Assembly: GCA_963798465.1 (NCBI GenBank)
Contig: CAWCTC010000001.1
Span: 260,315-324,314 of the forward strand
Direction of reading: 5' to 3'
Source of the DNA: an uncultured bacterium
GTDB taxonomy: Bacteria > Patescibacteriota > Minisyncoccia > Phycocordibacterales > GWA1-40-21
Length of the DNA stretch: 64,000 bases
This document shows, in pieces, positions 28,470 to 38,184 of this stretch. Both the position numbers and the translations under genes were made by a program. Position 1 is the first letter of the stretch. Each line of letters begins with the position of its first letter. The notes below the pieces were generated by a model. The model did no database searches. It was not told where the DNA came from and saw only the letters and a list, made by a program, of their open reading frames with translations.

Positions 28470-29215
28470 TGGTCTTTCTATATCCACAACAAATACTGCT
28501 CAAACAGGTTCATCGCTTCAAGTCACTACCGGTTCAACTGGTCAGCCAACAAACGGTCTCGTCTTCTTCAACTTTGCCGGAGCTAGAACAACTGCAGGAG
28601 CAGCATTCAAGATTACAGATGTTTCAACCACAGTTGCAACAACAACTCAAATTACTGCAGATGCTCTTACATCCGGCGCGGCTCTCAGCATTTCAGCTGC
28701 TGGATTAACTACTGGAACAGGTCTTGGAATATTTACTGCAGCTGCTACTCAGACAGGTCCTTCGCTTTTTGTGAAAACAGCTGGAACAAGCGCACCAACA
28801 AACGGTCTCGTCTTCTTCAACTTTGCCGGAGCTAGAACAACTGCAGGAGCAGCATTCCAGATTACAGATGTTTCAACCACAGTTGCAACAACAACTCAAA
28901 TTACTGCAGATGCTCTTACATCCGGCGCGGCTCTCAGCATTTCAGCTGCTGGATTAACTACTGGAACAGGTCTTGGAATATTTACTGCAGCTGCTACTCA
29001 GACAGGACCTTCACTGCTCGTCAGCACAGCTGGAACAAGCGCACCAACAAACGGTCTCGTCTTCTTCAACTTTGCCGGAGCTAGAACAACTGCAGGAGCA
29101 GCATTCCAGATTACAGATGTTTCAACCACAGTTGCAACAACAACTCAAATTACTGCAAATGCTCTTACATCGCGGCTCTCAGCATTTCAGCTGCTGGATT
29201 AACTACTGGAACAGG
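28470..29215 (+). repeat. Tandem repeat, 249-bp unit x ~3 (83 aa) inside the giant gene
   Basis: CCAACAAACGGTCTCGTCTTCTTCAACTTTGCC occurs at 28546, 28795 and 29044. The last copy carries a 4-nt deletion and 1-nt insertions relative to the others. Confidence 0.9.
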
Positions 29216-30969
29216 TCTTTGGAATATTTACTGCAGCTGCTACTCAGACAGGCTGCTGGTACCGGATTACAAGTTACGGATAGCTCAACGGGTCTTGCTA
29301 CTGCTCTCGGTGTTACTGCTTCCTCTAACCTTACAGGTTTCGGAGAAGTTATAACCATGCTTGGAAGCAGGTCAGCAGGTTCTGCACTTTTGATAAATGC
29401 AAGTTCAAGCAATGCATCTTCAACAACTGCTTCAGCTGGTATTACAATTGAATTGCCTGCAGTAGGAAATGGCGGTCTGCGTTATATTCGTTTTGCAAAT
29501 GCTGCCGGTACTGAAATCGGAGCAATCGTAAACCCTGCTTCTGCCGGTACTTCAGTGGCTTTATATACAACTTCAGATAAAAGATTAAAAACAAATGTGG
29601 AGGAAACACACTATGATCTTGCCGACCTTATGAAAATACAAGCTGTTGATTTCAATTGGATTTCTGACAACTCTCCCGATACAGGTTTTATTGCTCAGGA
29701 TCTTTACAATATTTATCCGAATGCAGTTATGAAGGGAGATAATGGAACGGATCCTTATATTCCCGGAGTGACAAATACTTGGTCTGTAGATTACAGCAAA
29801 CTCACTCCGCTTCTTGTTAAAAGCGTTCAAGATTTGAATAATAATTTCATTGCATCGACGACTGCGCTTGAATCAAGTTCATCGGCTGATGAAAATAATA
29901 TTTCAATGCTTGAAGCCAGCTCATCTGCCGACGAATTAGGAATATCAATTCTTGAAGCAAGTTCGTCCATTGATGAAACAAATATAAATCAGATAAATAA
30001 TATTCTTTCTCAATTCTTCGATGCTTCATCATCCGCTCTTTCGATAAATAATATCGATGCGGGAGTTCAGATTGTAACTCCGAAAATTACGGCGAACGGT
30101 TTGACAGTCGATACTATTTCTTCAATCAATGATGCGATTAATTTTGAAAACGATGCGATTTTCTTCGGCAGACCATACTTCAATAGCGATACCGCGGGAT
30201 TTGCGGTCATAAAAGCCGGACAGCAATCCGTCGATGTGACATTTGATAATCCTTATCTTGATGATCCTATAGTCAGCGCGACCATCACGATGGATAATTC
30301 CGGAAATTCTGTCGATGATACCGCCGCAGTGGAAGATATATTCAATAGTAATATCCAATATTTAGTTGCGGACAAAACAACGGCAGGATTTACGATTGTC
30401 TTGAACAAGCCGGCTGTCCGCGATACGACATTCAGCTGGATTGCGCTTGCAGTTAAAAATGCAAAAACATTTGGCACTCCTTCGGAAGATGTGACACAGC
30501 AAGATGAATCGACATCTACATCATCGCAAGATGTTTCAACTTCATCCGATGATTCATCATCAAACAATGCAACTTCAACTGCAACGACGACTGATGATAG
30601 TTCAGTTGCAAGCAGCACTCCGCAAGATACGACTCCGCCAGTGATTACAATCAATGGTGACAATCCAGTTTCAATAAATGTCGGCGATACTTACACAGAT
30701 GCCGGAGCAGTCGCTACGGATAATGTTGATGGAACAGATACTGTTACAGCATCGGGAACAGTTGATACGACAACTGCCGGCACATACACAATTACTTATT
30801 CGGCAACTGATACAGCAGAAAATACTGCGACTGAAACCAGAATTGTAAATGTCGCAGCAGTTTCAGAAGGAGATGATGCAACAAGCACAGCAACGACGAC
30901 TTCAGATTAGTAAATAGCTTTGTAAGGTTTTTCTGTTTTTATAAATATGTTAGAATAATTCGATAAAAA

Positions 30970-31980
30970 ATGAAAGAAATTGAGTCTGCAAAAAAAGTTC
31001 CATTATTTTGGAAAAAGTATCATATTGTCTGGATTTCCGGCACTTTTTTTGCAGGTGCAATTGTCGTATTTATTTTGAACTATTTTATTAATTTGCCATC
31101 CATAGCTACAAGTGCCGATGTTAGAATAAATGATACCAGCTACACATATATCAATCCGCTTCTTGAATGTGATAGCGGAAGTTCAATTTCTCAAGGACTT
31201 AATTCATTCAAAAACAGTATGCAAAGCTACGTTGATGAACTTACTGAAAGTAAAAAGGCTGATTTCATTTCAATATATTTTAGAGACATGAATAATGGAC
31301 CATGGTTCGGTATAAATGAGAATGCAGAATTTTATCCCGCATCACTTCTCAAAGTGCCGATTGCCATGGCTTATTTTGAACAATTTGAATCAAATCCCGG
31401 ATTGCTGTCTCAGAAAATCACATTTACTAAAAGCATCAATCAAGATGTCGAATATTTCAAATCATCTACGATAAAACTCGGACAAACATATTCAATAAAA
31501 GATCTTATCAGCGCGATGCTAGTCAATTCTGATAATGATGCGCTTGATCTTCTTGTGACGAATTTTGCCGCGAATAATGTCGATACTCAGGATACATTTA
31601 AATATCTGAATGTTAACATTTCATCAGACGGCATGATCACTGTGCAACAGTATGCGACATTTTTCAGAATATTATTCAACTCATCATATCTTGATTATGA
31701 TGATTCGGAAAAATTACTTTCAATGCTCGCAGAATCGACTTTCACTCAAGGATTGCGCGCAGGCGTGCCAGCAAATATTCCGGTGGCGCATAAATTCGGA
31801 GAGAGATGGTCATACACAGACCCGGAAAAAGAACTTCATGATTGTGGAATCATATATTATCCAAATCACCCGTATCTTCTTTGCGTCATGACGAAGGGAA
31901 CAAATCTTGATGACATGGCTGGTGCGATTTCCGACATATCGAAATTTGTTTATAATGAAGTAAATAAACAGCTTAATTAA
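30970..31980 (+). CDS. Membrane-anchored serine hydrolase, class A beta-lactamase/PBP-like
   Basis: 336 aa with an N-terminal TM segment. SxxK (PASLLKV), SDN (VNSDNDALD) and a KTG-like HKFGE occur in the canonical order. Confidence 0.75.
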   Translation: MKEIESAKKVPLFWKKYHIVWISGTFFAGAIVVFILNYFINLPSIATSADVRINDTSYTYINPLLECDSGSSISQGLNSFKNSMQSYVDELTESKKADFISIYFRDMNNGPWFGINENAEFYPASLLKVPIAMAYFEQFESNPGLLSQKITFTKSINQDVEYFKSSTIKLGQTYSIKDLISAMLVNSDNDALDLLVTNFAANNVDTQDTFKYLNVNISSDGMITVQQYATFFRILFNSSYLDYDDSEKLLSMLAESTFTQGLRAGVPANIPVAHKFGERWSYTDPEKELHDCGIIYYPNHPYLLCVMTKGTNLDDMAGAISDISKFVYNEVNKQLN

Positions 31981-32078
31981 AAACGAAGTTTGTGCAGGCT
32001 GTTAGTTATTCCTTTCATAAGTAAGCCTTATAATATATAATATAAGGCAATAATTATCAGGTTGTTAATGTATAAAAA

Positions 32079-32468
32079 ATGGACACGAAAAATAAAAAAA
32101 TATTTTGGAAAATTTTAATTCCCTGGATGCTTTTTGTCTTAGCTATTTTAGCTGATGGATATTTTGTATATAAAATATATGTAGTAAAGGCGGGAAATTC
32201 TCAAAACTCTGCTCAAACAGAAGCGACAAATATAATAAATGAAGTTGGCAAGCTCATTGTCCTTCCAACCGGCGAAACTCCGACAATAGCAACAGTTACG
32301 GATCTTTCGCAGCTGAAAGATCAGCCGTTTTTTACAAATGCAAAAGTCGGCGACGATGTTCTCATCTATTCTCAGGCGCAAAAAGCGATTTTATACGATC
32401 CGTCTTTGAATAAAATCGTGGAGATTGCTCCTATCAGCGGCAACAGCACTTCATCACCATCGTTATAG
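32079..32468 (+). CDS. Hypothetical membrane-anchored protein
   Basis: 129 aa with a single N-terminal TM segment. No motif recognised. Confidence 0.5.
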   Translation: MDTKNKKIFWKILIPWMLFVLAILADGYFVYKIYVVKAGNSQNSAQTEATNIINEVGKLIVLPTGETPTIATVTDLSQLKDQPFFTNAKVGDDVLIYSQAQKAILYDPSLNKIVEIAPISGNSTSSPSL

Positions 32469-32499
32469 TTGCAATAGATAATCATAGTTTTTAATATAA

Positions 32500-33894
32500 A
32501 TGAATAAGTTGCGACAAAAAATAAAATCGATTATTTATCTTATAAGTTTTACTGCAATTTTTTTTGCGCTTTTTCATTTTGCATCTTTCGCTCAGGAATA
32601 CAGCTCATCAAATTATAAAATTTCAAATCCGGTGATTACTTCCGGCGGAGGATATTCTTCTTCCGCAAATTTCGGATTGCAAAGTTCAATCGGGCAGATA
32701 GGAATCGGAACAAGTTCTTCCGCAAGTTTCGGATTGAATGCCGGATTTTTATATTTTCCTTATGTAACGACTCCAGCGATTTCTGCGACTGCGGGAAACG
32801 GCCAGGTTTCTCTTTCTTGGACGGCTGCGAACGGAATTCTTGGTTGGACTGCGAGCGGATATGATATAGGTTATTCGACAGTTTCCGGCGGTCCATATAC
32901 TTTCGGTTCATCTCTTGGAAATGTTTTGTCTGCAGTTCAAGGGGGTTTGAATAATGGCACGACATATTATTTTGTCGTCAGAGTTGAAGACGCTTTTCAA
33001 AATATTATTGCAATTTCTTCGCAAGTTTCAGCAACTCCGTCAGCTCCATCAATTTGCACCGATCATTCCGCAACAAATTATGGCGGAGCTCTTCCTTGCA
33101 CATATCCATCTGGCGGTGGCGGAGGAGGAGGCGGTGGTGGCGGAAGTTCTGCACCGCAAACCGGCGTAATTTTTTCAGGAAGAGCATATCCGCTAAGCAA
33201 TGTCAGCGTGCTTGAAGACGGTCAGCTCGCGGTCACGACAATCGCCGATCCGAATGCAAATTTTAATATTTCTCTTTTGGGACTTTCAGCGGGAAATTAT
33301 ACATTTTCAGTTTACGGTGAAGATTCCGAAGGAAGGCGTTCTTCTCTTTTTTCATTTCCAGTTTTTATAACATACGGCGTTGTCACAAATATCGGCGGAA
33401 TTTTCATAGCGCCGACAATTGCCGTCGATAAAAGCGAAGTCAAGAAAGGAGACAATATAGCGATTTTCGGACAGTCTGCATCTCAAGCAAATATAATAAT
33501 TTCCGTTCATTCCGCTCAGGAAGTTTTTGCCACGACTTCATCGGATAAAAATGGAATTTATCTTTACAATTTTGATACATCGCAGATAGATTATGGAGAG
33601 CACAATACTCAATCAAAAGCCGCCGTCGATGACTCAATATCCGATTACAGCGATTCAGTTGCATTCAATGTTGGAACGGAAAATATAACTGCACCGGTGT
33701 CAAAACAATGTCCGATGAAAGGGGATTTGAACGGCGATTGCAAAGTGGATCTTGTGGATTTTTCTATCGCTGCGTATTGGTATAAACAGCCGCTCAGCGA
33801 TGCGTTTAAAAAAATAGAAAAAGCGGAACTCAATGGCGATGGAAAAGTCGATCTTGTCGACTTCAGCATCATGGCATACTACTGGACAGGATAA
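32500..33894 (+). CDS. Secreted dockerin-containing protein (FN3-like + poly-Gly linker + Ig-like + C-terminal type I dockerin)
   Basis: 464 aa with a signal peptide. The C-terminus has two EF-hand-like segments, GDLNGDCKVDLVDFSIAAYWY and AELNGDGKVDLVDFSIMAYYW. A G11 linker is encoded at about 33.12-33.15 kb. Confidence 0.75.
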   Translation: MNKLRQKIKSIIYLISFTAIFFALFHFASFAQEYSSSNYKISNPVITSGGGYSSSANFGLQSSIGQIGIGTSSSASFGLNAGFLYFPYVTTPAISATAGNGQVSLSWTAANGILGWTASGYDIGYSTVSGGPYTFGSSLGNVLSAVQGGLNNGTTYYFVVRVEDAFQNIIAISSQVSATPSAPSICTDHSATNYGGALPCTYPSGGGGGGGGGGGSSAPQTGVIFSGRAYPLSNVSVLEDGQLAVTTIADPNANFNISLLGLSAGNYTFSVYGEDSEGRRSSLFSFPVFITYGVVTNIGGIFIAPTIAVDKSEVKKGDNIAIFGQSASQANIIISVHSAQEVFATTSSDKNGIYLYNFDTSQIDYGEHNTQSKAAVDDSISDYSDSVAFNVGTENITAPVSKQCPMKGDLNGDCKVDLVDFSIAAYWYKQPLSDAFKKIEKAELNGDGKVDLVDFSIMAYYWTG

Positions 33895-33915
33895 ATTAAT
33901 ATATTGAAATATTAA

Positions 33916-35370
33916 ATGAAAATTAAAAATAAAAAGGGATCAAATAATAGATTAATCCAAAAAATATTTGGGAAATTTGTTAAGCTCTCATTTTTTCTGA
34001 TATTATTGTTATCATTTTTTTTACCTTTCGCTTCAAGAGCTCAGCAATCTGTTTCTGTTGATGCATCAACACTGATTCCAAAATCAATACTTTTTCTTTC
34101 TCCGAGTGCAGCGACTATTTTAGAAGGATCTACAATAGACATACCTGTTTTTATAAATACTGAAGGCAATAGCATAAATACTGTGCACTTGAGTGTAAAT
34201 TTCGATCCGACGAAAATGATAATCACGAGTCCATCGAATGCCAATTCAATCATAGGCATCTATGTCGATCCGCCGACATTTTCAAATACTGAAGGTACTA
34301 TGGAATTGTCAGGTGTCATACCAAACGGAATAACCACAGGGAGTGGCTTGATCACGACAATAACTTTCAAAGCCATTTCTAGTGGGCAAGCTAGTGTAGC
34401 AATCTCTGATTCGTCTAAAGTTTTAGCAAACGATGGACAAGGGACTGAAGTAAAAACTCAATTTGGCACAGGAGTTTATACCATTATTCCTCAATCTCCC
34501 GGCGGCCCGACTGTTTTTTCAGAAACGCATCCATTTCAAGACCAGTGGTATAACAATAACAGCCCTCAAGTGGCCTGGAATAAAGATCCTGGGGTTACGG
34601 ATTTTAGCTATAATCTTGACGATAAGCCGTTCACTGTCCCAGACAATGATATGGATAGCACAAATACGTCCATGGCTTATGAAAATTTATCAGATGGAAT
34701 ATGGTATTTCCATATTAAAGAAAAAAAAGAGGGAGTCTGGGGATTGACTACCAATTTTACCATTCGCATAGATACGTCGTCTCCAGCCGCATTTAAACCG
34801 GAGGTTTCTTTTTTGACATCTTCAAGTTCAAGACAGGTTCTCGTGTCGTTCTTTACCACTGATTCTTTGTCGGGTCTTGATTATTATGAAGTCGGAATTG
34901 TACCAAAAAGCGGAACGAATGAATCGCCAGCTTTTGTTCAGACATCCAGTCCTTATCAATTTTCACTTCAATCCTCTGAAGACGTAAGAGTAATCGTAAG
35001 AGCATTTGACAGAGCGGGAAATTCAATAGATGAATCGGTTGATGTCAATTCTCCGTCGGATATAGTCACTTTTTTTGAGCAGAATTTTATTATAATAATT
35101 TTATTGCTCATTTTGCTAATTGATTTTCTTTTTGGACACAAAATTATTCCGCATATCGGAAGAATTGTTAAAGCAGTTGAGAAAGAGGAAAAAGAAGAAA
35201 AACTTTCAGAAAATAAAAAAGAAAGCTATGATATAGCTGAAACGAAGATAAATTCAAGCGGTCCATCGAAAATGAGCAAGGTGGAGTTTGATTCAGAAAC
35301 TCAAAAACCAGAGATGTCGATTAAAAAAGATGAAATAATAAATACGCAAAATCCAACAGAAATAAAATGA
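33916..35370 (+). CDS. Cohesin-domain surface protein, C-terminal TM anchor
   Basis: 484 aa. After the signal peptide comes a cohesin-like module (ATILEGSTIDIPVFINTEGNSINTVHLSVNFDP...ITTITFKAISSGQASVAIS..VLANDGQGTEV). A shared WYN..P...W...GIWYFHIK...IRIDTSSP module follows, then a TM segment and a Lys/Glu-rich tail. Confidence 0.7.
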   Translation: MKIKNKKGSNNRLIQKIFGKFVKLSFFLILLLSFFLPFASRAQQSVSVDASTLIPKSILFLSPSAATILEGSTIDIPVFINTEGNSINTVHLSVNFDPTKMIITSPSNANSIIGIYVDPPTFSNTEGTMELSGVIPNGITTGSGLITTITFKAISSGQASVAISDSSKVLANDGQGTEVKTQFGTGVYTIIPQSPGGPTVFSETHPFQDQWYNNNSPQVAWNKDPGVTDFSYNLDDKPFTVPDNDMDSTNTSMAYENLSDGIWYFHIKEKKEGVWGLTTNFTIRIDTSSPAAFKPEVSFLTSSSSRQVLVSFFTTDSLSGLDYYEVGIVPKSGTNESPAFVQTSSPYQFSLQSSEDVRVIVRAFDRAGNSIDESVDVNSPSDIVTFFEQNFIIIILLLILLIDFLFGHKIIPHIGRIVKAVEKEEKEEKLSENKKESYDIAETKINSSGPSKMSKVEFDSETQKPEMSIKKDEIINTQNPTEIK

Positions 35371-36263
35371 AACTAAAATTAAACATAATTAAATATTTTT
35401 TGTTAATCACGGCAGTTTTTTTTGCTGCTCCGGTTTTTGCATCCCAGTTTTCATTTGATACGCCGAACGGAGTTGTACAGGTCGGCGGACAACTTGAAGT
35501 TGATTTGAATATAAATACCGACAAGGAAAGCATAAATGCGGTGGAAGGGAATATTATTTTTTCGACCAGCACTTTGGATTTGTCAGAAATAAGAGACGGA
35601 AATTCGATTGTCAATTTCTGGGTGAATAAGCCGGCGAACGAAAACGGAATAGTTTCTTTTTCCGGAATTACGCCGGGAGGATTTGTTTTGGACAAAGGAT
35701 TGATATTGTCTTTGATTTTTATGGCGAAAAAAGAAGGCGATGCAACTATCGAAATTAAAAATGCCAGCGCGCTTGAAAATGACGGAAAGGGAACGGCTTC
35801 AAGCTTGCAAACATCGGATTTGAATATAGAAGTCGCCAGTTCAAGTCAAAATCTGCCGAATCAAAATCTGGCAATCAGTGACAATACTCCACCGGAAAAT
35901 TTCAAGCCGGAAGTTGCGCGGGATTCGAATCTTTTCAATGGCAAATGGTTTGCAGTTTTTGTCGCGCAGGATAAAGGTTCGGGAATCGCAAAATACGAAA
36001 TTAAAGAATCAAAGTTCAATATTTTTGATTTTTCAAAATGGAATGATGCGACGAGCCCGTATGTTCTCTCCGATCAGAAATTACAGAGCTATATATTTGT
36101 AAAGGCCATAGATAATTCAGGCAATGAGAGAATTGTAAAATTATCGCCGGAAAATCCGATTCCTTGGTATGAAAATATCGAAGATTGGTTTATAATTGCA
36201 GTGGTTATTGCAATAGTTGCATTGATATATTTCTTTTCAAAAAAGAAAGTGTATCGCGCTTAA
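35367..36263 (+). CDS. Cohesin-domain surface protein, C-terminal TM anchor
   Basis: 298 aa. GGQLEVDLNINTDKESINAVEGNIIFS...LILSLIFMAKKEGDATIEIKNASALENDGKGT. The start overlaps the previous stop (ATGA). Confidence 0.7.
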   Translation: MKLKLNIIKYFLLITAVFFAAPVFASQFSFDTPNGVVQVGGQLEVDLNINTDKESINAVEGNIIFSTSTLDLSEIRDGNSIVNFWVNKPANENGIVSFSGITPGGFVLDKGLILSLIFMAKKEGDATIEIKNASALENDGKGTASSLQTSDLNIEVASSSQNLPNQNLAISDNTPPENFKPEVARDSNLFNGKWFAVFVAQDKGSGIAKYEIKESKFNIFDFSKWNDATSPYVLSDQKLQSYIFVKAIDNSGNERIVKLSPENPIPWYENIEDWFIIAVVIAIVALIYFFSKKKVYRA

Positions 36264-36273
36264 AGGATGATTG

Positions 36274-36324
36274 TGCGACGTGATTTTGTAACTGCGTCGC
36301 ATTATAAGGACGGTTATGCGACGT
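36274..36324. repeat. REP-like triple-arm element TGCGACG..GCGTCGCA..TGCGACG
   Basis: TGCGACG-tgattttgtaact-GCGTCGCA-ttataaggacggtta-TGCGACG. Related to 14417-14446 on the opposite strand. Confidence 0.6.
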
Positions 36325-36347
36325 AACTTCGCTAAGTTAAAAAATTA

Positions 36348-38135
36348 ATGAAATCATTTAAAGAATTAAAATCAACAATGAATTCTCATGATTGTTTTGG
36401 TATAAAATTTGCCAAAATAGTTTCTTTGTTTGCTTTTATGTTTTTATTTTTCGGCTTGGCAAATATTTCCTCGGCAGCAACGCTTATTTTCTCTCCATCA
36501 ACCGGATCCTACAATGAAGGTTCATATTTTACCGTGAGTGTGATGGTTGCAAGTCCGGATAAAGTCATGAATGCAGCTTCTGGTGTGATTTCTTTCCCAA
36601 CCGATTTATTGTCAGTGTCTTCCATATCTCAAACCGGTTCAATTTTTAATGTTTGGCCTATTGCACCGACTTATTCCAATACAGCAGGCACCATTAGCTT
36701 TCAAGGAGTTGTTTTGCCACCGTGGTATACAGGTGCGTCAGGAAAATTAATCACGATTACTTTCAAAGCAAAATCACAAGGCACTGCAAATTTATCTTTT
36801 ACTTCGGGTTCAGTTCTCGCAGCTGATGGAATGGGAACGGATATTACATCTTCTTTGGGAACTGCTGCATATCAAATCTCGGAAGCAAGCGGAGAGACAC
36901 CTGTAACAATGCCGCCTGCGGAAGTTAGCGGAGTTCCAAACGCTCCTGTAATTACTTCAGACACTGACCCCGATCAAACTAAATGGTATGCCGATAGTGA
37001 TGCGGATTTTTCTTGGACACTGACGAAAGATATTACGGGAGACAGTTTGCTTATAGATCACAATCCAAATTCTTCGCCGACTGTTTTATATAATCCGCCG
37101 ATAAATTCAAAACAAATTACAAATTTGGATGACGGAGTTTGGTATTTTCATGCACAATCGGAAAATGCCAGCGGCTGGGGAGACGTCGGCACATATAAAG
37201 TTCAGATAGATACGACTAAGCCGGCAAATTTTGATATTACGGAAATTGAAAGAACTGACCCGACGGATCCGAATGCAAAATTCACTTTTAATGCCATGGA
37301 TGTTACTTCGGGAATAGATCACTACGAAGTTCAAATAGATAATAATCCCGCAGAAATTTGGACAGATGATGGAAGCCATATTTATACGGCTCCTGCGGAA
37401 GAAGGAGGAACTCACACTCTTATTGCAAAAGCTTTTGATAAGGCTGGTAATTTCTTGGCAAATTCTGTTCAGTTTACAATACAGCCATTGGAAGCTCCTG
37501 TGATTACGAATTATCCAACGGAAATAAATAGCGGAGACATCCTTACTATAAATGGAACATCGAAATATCCAAATTCTGAGGCAGATTTGTTTTTGCAAAA
37601 TGAAAATGGCACAACACAAACTTATACTTCAAAGACCGATAGTGATGGAAATTTCACCGCGATTTCTGATAATAGATTAAAGACCGGTTTATATACAGTT
37701 TGGATGGGAATCACAGATAGCAGAGGAGCAAAAAGTACGCCAAGTGAAAAGGTTACGATAAATGTCAAATCACCGGCATTTATTACAATAGGAACTTTGG
37801 CTGTGAATTTTCTCGCTGTAATGATTCCTCTCATCGCACTGATTCTCTTGCTGATATTCTTGCTTTGGTACGCATGGAGAAAATTCTTTATTATCGGAGA
37901 TAAATTAAAGAAAGAAACTCGTGAAGCAGAAGATGCACTTCATAAAGCTTTTGATTTGCTGAAAGAAAGTGTTCAAGAGCAAGTCAGTGTTTTGGAAAAA
38001 GTCAAAAACAAACGACAGCTTACCGAAGAAGAGGAAAGAATAAATAGACACCTTAAAAAAGATCTTGAAGATGCAGAGTCATATATAAGGAAGGAAATTG
38101 AAGATATAGAAGATTTGGTGAATAAGAAAAGATAA
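36348..38135 (+). CDS. Cohesin-domain surface protein with Ig-like repeats, TM anchor and cytoplasmic coiled-coil tail
   Basis: 595 aa. ATLIFSPSTGSYNEGSYFTVSVMVAS...LITITFKAKSQGTANLSFTSGSVLAADGMGTDI, then the shared WY..DGVWYFHAQ..VQIDTTKP module, then a TM segment. ATG 36378 is an alternative start. Confidence 0.7.
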   Translation: MKSFKELKSTMNSHDCFGIKFAKIVSLFAFMFLFFGLANISSAATLIFSPSTGSYNEGSYFTVSVMVASPDKVMNAASGVISFPTDLLSVSSISQTGSIFNVWPIAPTYSNTAGTISFQGVVLPPWYTGASGKLITITFKAKSQGTANLSFTSGSVLAADGMGTDITSSLGTAAYQISEASGETPVTMPPAEVSGVPNAPVITSDTDPDQTKWYADSDADFSWTLTKDITGDSLLIDHNPNSSPTVLYNPPINSKQITNLDDGVWYFHAQSENASGWGDVGTYKVQIDTTKPANFDITEIERTDPTDPNAKFTFNAMDVTSGIDHYEVQIDNNPAEIWTDDGSHIYTAPAEEGGTHTLIAKAFDKAGNFLANSVQFTIQPLEAPVITNYPTEINSGDILTINGTSKYPNSEADLFLQNENGTTQTYTSKTDSDGNFTAISDNRLKTGLYTVWMGITDSRGAKSTPSEKVTINVKSPAFITIGTLAVNFLAVMIPLIALILLLIFLLWYAWRKFFIIGDKLKKETREAEDALHKAFDLLKESVQEQVSVLEKVKNKRQLTEEEERINRHLKKDLEDAESYIRKEIEDIEDLVNKKR

Positions 38136-38143
38136 AAAATAAA

Positions 38144-38180
38144 AATAAAGGGGCGGCCGCTTCGCGGCCGCCCCTTTATT
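38144..38180. terminator. Bidirectional GC-rich hairpin terminator (GGGGCGGCCGC-TTC-GCGGCCGCCCC)
   Basis: AATAAAGGGGCGGCCGC-TTC-GCGGCCGCCCCTTTATT lies between convergent genes. Confidence 0.8.
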
Positions 38181-38184
38181 TTTA

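Larger units (their letters stand above)
22257..30910 (+). pseudogene. Giant (~2,880 aa) tail-fibre-like surface protein, read across at least two frame breaks
   Basis: ORFs 22257-26651, 26437-29202 and 28973-30910 continue one another. The breaks are a G6 run (26595-26600) and an indel-rich patch (29165-29260). Domains seen, in order:
- a signal-like N-terminus (..LGLCSVALLFCFSVTNVFAAG; the true start may be ATG 22183 if a homopolymer indel is assumed);
- S/T/A-rich Y-x-S repeats;
- a Gly-rich segment (26.7-27.1 kb);
- propeller-like FDGxYIWV blades (27.4-28.2 kb);
- TSDKRLKTNVEE...FNWISD (29.57-29.85 kb), resembling the intramolecular-chaperone/peptidase S74 domain;
- an Ig-like PPVITINGDNPV..TDNVDG..YTITYSATD segment (30.63-30.86 kb). 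Confidence 0.75.

Noticed and set aside
33118-33150. The GGN-repeat tract (poly-Gly) in the dockerin protein could be a slippage or frameshift site.
   Set aside because: The reading frame is continuous through it and both flanks are coherent domains. It is treated as a flexible linker.
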